Of a stretch of 50,296 nucleotides of DNA, positions 41,386 to 48,563 are shown piece by piece. The DNA comes from a bacterium (GTDB lineage Bacteria > UBP6 > UBA1177 > JAKLFG01), in assembly GCA_029573155.1 (NCBI GenBank), contig JAKQHE010000164.1:1-50296 (forward strand), in the 5' to 3' direction. The notes under the pieces were generated by a model. That model had not been told where the DNA came from. It worked only from the letters and a program-made list of their open reading frames with translations, and searched no databases. The translations under genes were made by a program, and so were the position numbers. Numbering within the stretch: position 1 is the stretch's first letter; every line of letters starts with the position of its first letter.

Positions 41386-42714
41386 TTACGGTTTCGGGAC
41401 GAGGTTCTCTCCGAAGAAATCGACCGCGGTCACCGTGTAGTTGGGAAAATCGTTGTCGGTCTCGTAGAGCGTGATGGTCACCGTGCCGACAAGATCGGCC
41501 TTGGGCATTCCCATCGCGTCAAGCCAGCGGACATAGTTCCCGGCACCGTCTATCGTCACCGCGTACGGCACATTCGCGGTGCGCGGCAGAGAGAGTTGGA
41601 CCATGATGGCCTCCTCGCCCGGCATGCCACCGCCGTAGGTGACCTTCAGGAGGATGTTGGCAATGCCGGAATTGTCTTTTTCCACAACGCTCGCGCCGAA
41701 ATATTCGGCCGTCTCGCCGACCGAGAGCGCGACGAAGATGTGGGCGGTCACCTCCGGGTCCTCGCCCTTCCGGTAGCTGTAGGTGAGAGAGGACTTAGGT
41801 ATCGCATCCTCGCAGGCGCCGGTAAAGGCGATGTTCATTCCCGATATCCACGCGGAGCATTCGTCGGCATAGGTGACCCCGTCGCAGCCACAGACCGGCG
41901 CACCGACATCGAAGGAGAACGGGCAGGCCTCGGGACGCGCCTCGCAGGCTCCCGAACTCTGCCCGCACACCCCCTCGGCCTTGCGGCAGAACTCGGTCTG
42001 GCCGCACTCGTCGTTGTACAGGCAGATGTTCTCACCGTCACATTTCCCCGGATGGGCGACATTGACGCCGGCAGCGGCGGCGTGGCAGGGATGAAGGTAG
42101 GTCGCATCGTCACAGCCGCAGGCAAAGGCGAATTCGGTGATGAGATCACAATCTATCGGGCGCAGGTCGCAGAGCCCGGAGTCGTCGGCGTCACACACGC
42201 CGAGCGGTTTGGCGCAGTATTCGGTCTCGGTGCACTGCTTGTTGGCGGTGCAGGGTATCATCGAGCCACAGGGACCGCCGTGCCGGATGTTCATACCAGC
42301 CGCCCATGCCGAGCATTCGTTGGGGTAACTTTTGCCGTCACAACCGCAGACCGGCGCGTACTCCTCGCCGCAGGCGACGGGCTGTACCGCGCAGGCCCCG
42401 GAACCCTCGCAGAGAGTCGGCGCCTCGCGGAGGCAGAACAATCCGTCGGAGCAGTCGCCGTTCTCGATGCACACCGCCTCCAGCGTATCGCCGTCGGGCC
42501 GTTCCTCATCGCTCGCTTCGTCGGGGAGCGTCTCATCGGGGGTCCCGTCGGAAAGAAGGTCGTCGGTGTCGCCAGAGATATCGTCGGCTATCACCGTACC
42601 GTCGTCGGTGGCCGCCTGATCGGCATCGAGCGGCCGGCTCAGGGTGCGATTCTCGCATGCAGCGGCAAACAAGACCGCGACAAGGCAAAACGACCCGGTC
42701 ACGAGTAGTCTCAT
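41386..42714 (-). CDS. Lipoprotein with three tandem Cys-rich Kazal-like modules and a C-terminal beta-rich domain
   Basis: A GGAGGG SD precedes the ATG at 42714. Lipobox reads MRLLVTGSFCLVAVLFAAA-C, followed by an acidic linker. There are three ~70-aa modules, each ending in a Kazal-type core: VCGCDGKSYPNECSAWAAGMNIRHGGPC, ACGCDDATYLHPCHAAAAGVNVAHPGKC and VCGCDGVTYADECSAWISGMNIAFTGAC. Confidence 0.8.
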   Translation of the reverse strand: MRLLVTGSFCLVAVLFAAACENRTLSRPLDADQAATDDGTVIADDISGDTDDLLSDGTPDETLPDEASDEERPDGDTLEAVCIENGDCSDGLFCLREAPTLCEGSGACAVQPVACGEEYAPVCGCDGKSYPNECSAWAAGMNIRHGGPCGSMIPCTANKQCTETEYCAKPLGVCDADDSGLCDLRPIDCDLITEFAFACGCDDATYLHPCHAAAAGVNVAHPGKCDGENICLYNDECGQTEFCRKAEGVCGQSSGACEARPEACPFSFDVGAPVCGCDGVTYADECSAWISGMNIAFTGACEDAIPKSSLTYSYRKGEDPEVTAHIFVALSVGETAEYFGASVVEKDNSGIANILLKVTYGGGMPGEEAIMVQLSLPRTANVPYAVTIDGAGNYVRWLDAMGMPKADLVGTVTITLYETDNDFPNYTVTAVDFFGENLVPKP

Positions 42715-42743
42715 ATATACCCTCCACCGTCGGTTCGGTCGTC

Positions 42744-42772
42744 AGTATAGCGCACCACGACGAGTTCCGCAA
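42744..42772 (-). promoter_or_regulatory. Candidate sigma70-type promoter for the Kazal lipoprotein gene
   Basis: Minus strand reads TTGCGG (42772-42767), a 17-nt spacer, then TATACT (42749-42744). This ends about 30 nt upstream of the ATG at 42714. Confidence 0.4.
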
Positions 42773-42803
42773 GTCGGCGCAAAAAAAGAACGGTTTTTTC
42801 CGC

Positions 42804-42831
42804 TTGACTTCGGACGCCAATGTTCTACAAT
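42804..42831 (+). promoter_or_regulatory. Candidate sigma70-type promoter for the (QTDDI)n lipoprotein gene
   Basis: TTGACT (42804-42809), a 16-nt spacer, then TACAAT (42826-42831). The GAGGGAGG SD and the ATG at 42874 follow. Confidence 0.45.
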
Positions 42832-42873
42832 CTCTCCTGTTTCAAGCGTTCAACCACTACGAGGGAGGTAATC

Positions 42874-43806
42874 ATGAGAGGGTTCCTGCTTTTTATCGCC
42901 TGTTTCGCGATCGTTCTGACGGCTGCGTGCGACAACGCGACGCGCACCTTGGTCGACAAGGACACGACGGTGACCGACACGACCGGCGACACCGACGCCG
43001 ACACGGTCCAGACCGACGACATCCAGACCGACGATGTCCAGACCGAAGGCATCCAGACCGACGACATCCAGACCGATGATCTCCAGACCGACGATATCCT
43101 GCCCGACACGCAGGGCGACGGCGACACCGTCCAGAACGACCAGAATGTCCCCGACAACGATATGCCGCCGAAGACCTGCGCCGACATCACCTGCGACGAC
43201 CCGAACAGCGCCTGCGTGGAAGGAACGGGCGGCGCCGATGCGAAGTGCGAGTGCAACGAGGGCTACCATTGGAATTCGGGTCAGTGCGTCAAGGACGAAC
43301 TCACCAAGATCGGCGAGTTCTCGTTCGACTTCGAAGGGGCCATCAACGAAACCACCGACCCCGATCAATTGCAGGGGGGTGACGGCACCGCGACATTCTC
43401 GCACCTCGGCGAGGACTTCTCCTATGTCAAGATAACCGTCCCCTACGGCAACATCGGCTTCCCGCTCGCCAATCTGCAGGAGGGGACCACCATCACGACC
43501 ATCTGGCTCGAGAAACTGGCCATGAGCGGATCGGTCAAGTTCTTCGCATTCTCGATGCCCGCCGCGCAGAACACCGCCGGCACCAAGCAGTTCGCGAACA
43601 CCCAGTCGGTGGTGATGTACGGCGACATGACGATGTCGGGCGGCGCCATGAACATCGAGTGCGTCCGCGCCATGTCGGCCGACGGCTCCTACACCGTTGC
43701 CGGCGATTCGGGGAACGGCACACTCCATATCTCGACGGCGAGCGGGAACATGTACGATCCCAAGGTGGCCGAAGCCAACCTGCCCGCCCCCATCTGCGAG
43801 GAATAA
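42874..43806 (+). CDS. Lipoprotein with an acidic (QTDDI)6 tandem repeat, an EGF-like Cys module and a C-terminal beta-rich domain
   Basis: The ATG at 42874 follows GAGGGAGG. Lipobox reads MRGFLLFIACFAIVLTAA-C. The repeat reads VQTDDIQTDDVQTEGIQTDDIQTDDLQTDDI. The EGF-like module reads CADITCDDPNSACVEGTGGADAKCECNEGYHWNSGQC. Confidence 0.8.
   Translation: MRGFLLFIACFAIVLTAACDNATRTLVDKDTTVTDTTGDTDADTVQTDDIQTDDVQTEGIQTDDIQTDDLQTDDILPDTQGDGDTVQNDQNVPDNDMPPKTCADITCDDPNSACVEGTGGADAKCECNEGYHWNSGQCVKDELTKIGEFSFDFEGAINETTDPDQLQGGDGTATFSHLGEDFSYVKITVPYGNIGFPLANLQEGTTITTIWLEKLAMSGSVKFFAFSMPAAQNTAGTKQFANTQSVVMYGDMTMSGGAMNIECVRAMSADGSYTVAGDSGNGTLHISTASGNMYDPKVAEANLPAPICEE
43009..43098 (+). repeat. Six tandem 15-bp units (cagaccgacgacatc and variants), in frame
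   Basis: Units lie at 43009-43023, 43024-43038, 43039-43053, 43054-43068, 43069-43083 and 43084-43098. Each differs from the consensus by 0-3 substitutions. Confidence 0.9.
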
Positions 43807-45996
43807 CTACTCCGCTTTCGCGTAGATCGCCGCCGACCGCGGCGGGAGCGTCAGGTCGATCGACCCCTCCTTCACCACTGTCGTCCCCTCAGACAGCGCA
43901 TCGGTATAGCTTCCGTCCACAAGCGGCACCGCGAAGGTCCGTCCGACCGTCTCTTCTCCGCGGTTGAAGGCGATAAGCACCGTATCGTCCCCGTCGCTCA
44001 TCGTGTAGAGCCAGACATCCTCCTCGACATGGACCGTCTCGCGCGTTCCGCGCCGCAGGGCGGGGTAGGCCGCGCGCGCGGCGGCAAGTTTTTTCACGAC
44101 GGCGAGCGTATCTTGCTGGTGTTCGTTCAGGTCGTCGCCGAAGAGCATCATGCGGCGGTTGTCGGGGTCGTTCGCCCCCGGCATACCGAACTCGTCGCCC
44201 TGATAGATGGTCGGCACGCCGGGCGAGGTGAACAGGAACACCCACGCAAGCCGCATTCTTTCATACGGCACGGCGTCGGTCGGGGTCTCCGGCTCGTTCT
44301 CCCAGACCCGCTCATGGGCCGGAGCGCCCCCCTGTGAGGTGCCGTCGAAATCGCCGTTCGCGCTCGACAGGGCGCGGCACAGATCGTGGTTGCCGGGAAA
44401 GGTCGCCATGATCGCGCCGGGATGATAGTCGCGCTGATACCGGCCGTCGTGGGTGAGAAGGAATGCGGCGAGGTCCGACAGGCTTTCCGACCCGAGGAGA
44501 AAGGCGCGCACCAGATGGTGGAACAGTGGGAAATCGAACTGGCTGTCGAGTTTGTCGGGGCCGAGATAGTGACCGATCTCCTCCCAGCCGGTGTCGCCGG
44601 TGAAGGTCTCGCCGACCATGAAGAACGGGGTGCCTCCCGCCGCCGCCTCGCGCTCGATGAAGTAACGGAGCGTCACGGTGAGGTCGCGGTTCATCAGCCG
44701 TACCGCATCGACGCGGAACCCGTCTGCGTCGAAGGTCCGCGCGAGCCACAGGTAATGCTCGATGAGGGCGTCCTGCGCCGCCGCGTTGCGGTGGTCGATG
44801 TCGGGCAGATAGTCGGTGAACCAGCACTCCTCGGGCCGTTCCCAGCCGCAGGTATAGCCCCCCAGCGCGTTGCGCGGCAGACCGGCGGGCGCCTCGTTGA
44901 ACCAATCGTCGTAGCGGTAGGTCTCCCAGAGCCAGCTTTCGGCGTGGACATGGTTGGGAACGATATCGAACAGTACGCGGATGCCGCGGTCGTGCGCCTT
45001 TTTCACCAGTTCGCGCAGGTCCGCTTCATCGCCGAAGTGCGGCTCGACGGGCGACGCCAGCCCCGGCAGAGGCGTAAGATCGCTCCATCCGGTCGCTACC
45101 GGCCAATAGGAATGATAGGCGGCGTAGAGCCGCGTGTCGCCTCCCATTCCCTTCCACGCCCCCTGCGTGTTGCGGAGCGGCGATGAAAGCCAAAGTGCGG
45201 TGACGCCCAGATCGGTGAAGTAGTTCTCCTCTATCTTTTCGATGATACCGCGCAGGTCGCCCCCCTGCCAGTTCGCCTTCTTGTCGACCCCGGCGACCGG
45301 GCCGTCGTTCACGGGATCGCCGTTCACGAAGCGGTCGGTCATGATCTGGTAGATCACCGCGTCGCGCCAGTCGAACGGCTCCTGTTCGACCCAGACAGGC
45401 ACGAACAGCGGTGTCGCGGCGAACCCGTCGGTGTCGCGGATCGTGAACAGGGCGGTGTACTTCCCGGGCGCAAGACCGTTCGCGGCAAGGGTGAAAAGTT
45501 TCGCGGTGCCGTCATACGAAGGGGTGACCGCCTCCCCAGAAAGGATCACCATGCTCTTCTTCAGGTCAGGGCCCGCGCCACTCGCCCCGGGAAGGTAGCG
45601 GACCGTCAGCGAGAGCGACGAATCGTCGGCGACCGGACGATCGACCACCTCGAGGCGCGGGTAGCGGCAGTCGGGAACGATGAGCCGGCTGTATCGTTTG
45701 CCGTTGTCGTACCGGGCAAGCGGATTTTCTTCGTCGAGCCGCCACTCCTCCTTTTTCCGGTCGTAAAAAGCGTAGGCGTGGTCACCCGGCGGCAGGGACA
45801 GTTCGACCTCCCACCGACCAGCGCGGAAACTCATCGGCGTCGAGAGCGACCAGTTATTGAACGAGGCGCGCAGGTAGAGTTCCTCGGTGGCGTTCCCGTC
45901 GGTGGTGACGGATATCCCCGCGCAAACGGCGGAAGCGCTTTTCCCCCCGCAGGAAAAAAGCAACGGGATGACAAACAGCAGGGACCATGCGCGCAT
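43807..45996 (-). CDS. GH13 alpha-amylase-family glycoside hydrolase lipoprotein with an N-terminal CBM48/E-set-like domain
   Basis: A GGAGGG SD precedes the ATG at 45996. Lipobox reads MRAWSLLFVIPLLFS-C. GH13 conserved regions are present: FDIVPNHV (I), GFRVDAVRLM (II), FMVGETF (III) and FPGNHDLCR (IV). Confidence 0.85.
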   Translation of the reverse strand: MRAWSLLFVIPLLFSCGGKSASAVCAGISVTTDGNATEELYLRASFNNWSLSTPMSFRAGRWEVELSLPPGDHAYAFYDRKKEEWRLDEENPLARYDNGKRYSRLIVPDCRYPRLEVVDRPVADDSSLSLTVRYLPGASGAGPDLKKSMVILSGEAVTPSYDGTAKLFTLAANGLAPGKYTALFTIRDTDGFAATPLFVPVWVEQEPFDWRDAVIYQIMTDRFVNGDPVNDGPVAGVDKKANWQGGDLRGIIEKIEENYFTDLGVTALWLSSPLRNTQGAWKGMGGDTRLYAAYHSYWPVATGWSDLTPLPGLASPVEPHFGDEADLRELVKKAHDRGIRVLFDIVPNHVHAESWLWETYRYDDWFNEAPAGLPRNALGGYTCGWERPEECWFTDYLPDIDHRNAAAQDALIEHYLWLARTFDADGFRVDAVRLMNRDLTVTLRYFIEREAAAGGTPFFMVGETFTGDTGWEEIGHYLGPDKLDSQFDFPLFHHLVRAFLLGSESLSDLAAFLLTHDGRYQRDYHPGAIMATFPGNHDLCRALSSANGDFDGTSQGGAPAHERVWENEPETPTDAVPYERMRLAWVFLFTSPGVPTIYQGDEFGMPGANDPDNRRMMLFGDDLNEHQQDTLAVVKKLAAARAAYPALRRGTRETVHVEEDVWLYTMSDGDDTVLIAFNRGEETVGRTFAVPLVDGSYTDALSEGTTVVKEGSIDLTLPPRSAAIYAKAE

Positions 45997-46091
45997 CGGG
46001 ACCCTCCGATCGGACGATCGAGTATAACGATAAAATCTTGAAAAGCCAACCGACCCGCGATACGATGGGTCTTCTTTACGGGAGGGGACCC

Positions 46092-47201
46092 ATGACCGCT
46101 CACGACGAAGGATCGATGCTGGAGACGATACTCGGCTACATGTCGAAGATAGAGGGGGTCCGCAAGATAGATGCGGTGCTCATACTTCTTTCGGAGATGG
46201 GACGCGTGCTCGTCAACGCCGACCGCTGTACGCTGTGGCTGCTCGACACGCAGAAGAAGGAACTCTGGACCAAGGTGGCGCACGGCATCGACCGCGTCCA
46301 CATGCCGGCCGGCACCGGCATTGCCGGGGCCGCCGTCGGAAGCGGCGAAACGGTCATCGTCAATGACCCGTACCGCGACCCCCGCTTCAATCAGGAGATA
46401 GACCGGAAGACCGGCTACACCACCCGCAGCATCCTCGTGGTCCCGATAAAGAACAGCCGCGGCGAGGTGCTCGGCGCCTTCCAGACCATCAACAAGCAGA
46501 CCGCCGCAGGCCGGTTCGAGGAAAGCGACATCAAGTACCTCAAACTTGCCTCGACCTACGCCGGCGAGGCGATAGAGGCGGCGAAACTCAACGAGGAGAT
46601 AGAGGAGACCCAGCGCGATGTCATCTTCGCGCTCGCCGAGGCGGGAGAGACCCGGTCGAAGGAGACCGGCAACCATGTCCAACGGGTATCGGAATACTGC
46701 CGGTCGCTCGCGCTCCTCGCCTGTCTGCCCAAAAAGGAGGCCGAACTGCTCAAACTCGCCGCTCCCATGCACGACATCGGCAAGATCGCGATACCCGACG
46801 CGATACTGCTCAAGCCGGGACGGCTCGAACCGGAGGAATTCGCCGTCATGAAGACCCACGCCGAGAGCGGCTACACGATACTCAAAGGCTCGTCGCGCCC
46901 CATCCTGAAGGCGGCGGCGACCGTCGCCCGCGAACACCACGAACGGTACGACGGCACAGGGTACCCGCGCGGACTCAAAGGGAAGGAGATACACATATTC
47001 GGCCGCATCTGCGCCATCGCCGATGTGTTCGACGCGCTCGGCACCGACCGCGTTTATAAAAAGGCGTGGCCCATCGAGAAGATAGTCGAAGAATTCACGG
47101 CCCAGCGCGGCGCCCAGTTCGACCCGGCACTGATAGACCTCTTCCTCGGCCGCCTTGACGAGTTCACCGCCATCCGCGAACGGTTCCGCGACGAGGTCTG
47201 A
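46092..47201 (+). CDS. GAF-domain HD-GYP c-di-GMP phosphodiesterase
   Basis: The ATG at 46092 follows GGGAGGGG. Earlier ORF-track starts would overlap the divergent GH13 gene. The GAF-like N-terminal half reads …RCTLWLLD…AGTGIAGAAVGSGETVIVNDPYRDPRF…. The canonical HD-GYP part reads HDIGKIAIPDAILLKPGRL…HHERYDGTGYPRGL…IADVFDAL. Confidence 0.88.
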   Translation: MTAHDEGSMLETILGYMSKIEGVRKIDAVLILLSEMGRVLVNADRCTLWLLDTQKKELWTKVAHGIDRVHMPAGTGIAGAAVGSGETVIVNDPYRDPRFNQEIDRKTGYTTRSILVVPIKNSRGEVLGAFQTINKQTAAGRFEESDIKYLKLASTYAGEAIEAAKLNEEIEETQRDVIFALAEAGETRSKETGNHVQRVSEYCRSLALLACLPKKEAELLKLAAPMHDIGKIAIPDAILLKPGRLEPEEFAVMKTHAESGYTILKGSSRPILKAAATVAREHHERYDGTGYPRGLKGKEIHIFGRICAIADVFDALGTDRVYKKAWPIEKIVEEFTAQRGAQFDPALIDLFLGRLDEFTAIRERFRDEV

Positions 47202-47232
47202 CCGGCCCGCGACGATCACCTCTTATTTTTTT
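47193..47232 (+). terminator. Weak candidate intrinsic terminator after the HD-GYP gene
   Basis: GAGGT (47193-47197) pairs with ACCTC (47218-47222), followed by TTATTTTTTT (47223-47232). The stem is only 5 bp with a 20-nt loop, so support comes mainly from the T-run. A TTGACA (47231-47236), 17 nt, TAGGCT candidate promoter for the next gene follows immediately. Confidence 0.25.
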
Positions 47233-47318
47233 GACATCCTCTCCCTCGGGGCATAGGCTTGAGGTGCCCGGACTCTTTGAAAGCAGTGTTCCTCAACTGT
47301 TCATAAAAGGAGACGCTC

Positions 47319-48533
47319 ATGATCAAAGACCTTCAGAACATCCTCTCCCGCAGCGCGAAGAGCGCCAAGAAATCGGCCATCCGCGAACTGCTGAAACTGA
47401 CCCAGCGCCCCGAGATCATCTCATTCGCCGGCGGGCTGCCCGCCCCCGAGTCGTTCCCGCTCGACATCCTCAAGAAACTCTCGGTCGAGGTGCTCGAAAA
47501 AGAGGGCGCCGCCGCGTGCCAGTACAGCATGACCGAAGGCGACAACGGCCTGCGCAAGGCGCTTATCGAGAAATACCGCAAGGACGAAGGGCTGGAACTG
47601 GCGATGGAGAACATCATCATCACGACCTCCTCCCAGCAGGCGCTCGACTTCCTCGGTCGCGTCCTTATCGACCCGGGCGACGCGATCGTTTGCGGGCTCC
47701 CCACCTATCTCGGCGGCCTGCAGGCCTTTTCGGCCTACGGGGCCGAGATGCACGGCATCAAACTCGACGAGAACGGTATGCGCACCGACCTTTTGAAGGC
47801 GAAACTCGAGGAACTGAAAAAGGCGGGGAAAAAGCCGAAATTCATCTATACCGTCCCCGATTTCCAGAACCCGGCCGGCATCACGATGCCCGAATCGCGA
47901 CGCAAAGAGATACTGGCGCTCGCCCACGAGTACGATGTGCTCGTCGTCGAGGACAGCCCGTACCGCGAACTGCGCTTCGAGGGCAAGAACCCGCCGATGC
48001 TCTACAAACTCGACGGCAAAGAACAGGTCGTCGTGCTCGGCACCTTCTCGAAGATATTCGTCCCCGGCTTCCGCATCGGCTGGATCATCGGCAACAAGGA
48101 CCTCCTCGACAAGTTCGTGACCGTCAAGCAGGCGGCCGACCTCTGCACCTCCTCGTTCGTCCAGAAGATCGGGGCGCTCTACTTGAATCAGGGACATTTC
48201 GACGCCAACCTCCAGCGGGTCATCGCGATGTACCGCGAGAAACGCGACGCGATGCTCGCCGCCCTCAAGGAACACATGCCGAAGGGGGTCTCGTGGACCT
48301 GCCCTGAGGGCGGGCTGTTCCTGTTCGTCACCCTGCCCAACGGAATGGACGCCGAGAAACTGTTCCCCAAGGCGATAGAGAAGAATGTCGCCTATGTGCT
48401 CGGCAGCGTTTTCCACTGCGACGGGTCGGGACGCGACACGATGCGGCTCAACTTCTCGTTCGCCTCGAAAGAGAAGAATGTCGAAGGCATCCGGCGTCTC
48501 GCCGAGGTCATAAAGGAAGCGATGAAGGGCTGA
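47319..48533 (+). CDS. PLP-dependent aminotransferase, class I/II (2-aminoadipate/aromatic aminotransferase-like)
   Basis: An AAGGAG SD is present. The 404-aa product carries …FAGGLPAPESFP…, …NPAGITM… and the PLP-lysine motif GTFSKIFVPGFRIGW. Confidence 0.85.
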   Translation: MIKDLQNILSRSAKSAKKSAIRELLKLTQRPEIISFAGGLPAPESFPLDILKKLSVEVLEKEGAAACQYSMTEGDNGLRKALIEKYRKDEGLELAMENIIITTSSQQALDFLGRVLIDPGDAIVCGLPTYLGGLQAFSAYGAEMHGIKLDENGMRTDLLKAKLEELKKAGKKPKFIYTVPDFQNPAGITMPESRRKEILALAHEYDVLVVEDSPYRELRFEGKNPPMLYKLDGKEQVVVLGTFSKIFVPGFRIGWIIGNKDLLDKFVTVKQAADLCTSSFVQKIGALYLNQGHFDANLQRVIAMYREKRDAMLAALKEHMPKGVSWTCPEGGLFLFVTLPNGMDAEKLFPKAIEKNVAYVLGSVFHCDGSGRDTMRLNFSFASKEKNVEGIRRLAEVIKEAMKG

Positions 48534-48563
48534 CCGCCTCTTTTCCCCGGCCGGGGAGGTATC

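Noticed and set aside
31096-48416. Other long antisense or alternative-frame ORFs. Examples: 31096-32367(-), 31167-32630(+), 35488-36444(-), 36351-37283(+), 37984-39798(-), 41596-42708(+), 42850-43728(-), 45831-47219(-), 47231-48307(+), 47421-48416(-)
   Set aside because: Each overlaps, on the opposite strand or in another frame, a gene with unambiguous conserved motifs (ktrB, ychF, czcD, rel, Kazal lipoprotein, HD-GYP, aminotransferase). Each shows Arg/Gly/Pro/Asp-rich composition and no SD. This is expected from GC3-rich coding DNA lacking stop codons off-frame.
48534-48563. GC-rich hairpin TCCCCggccGGGGA between the convergent aminotransferase and ATPase genes, as a bidirectional terminator
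   Set aside because: The stem is only 5 bp and no U-tract follows on either strand. This is insufficient to call an intrinsic terminator.
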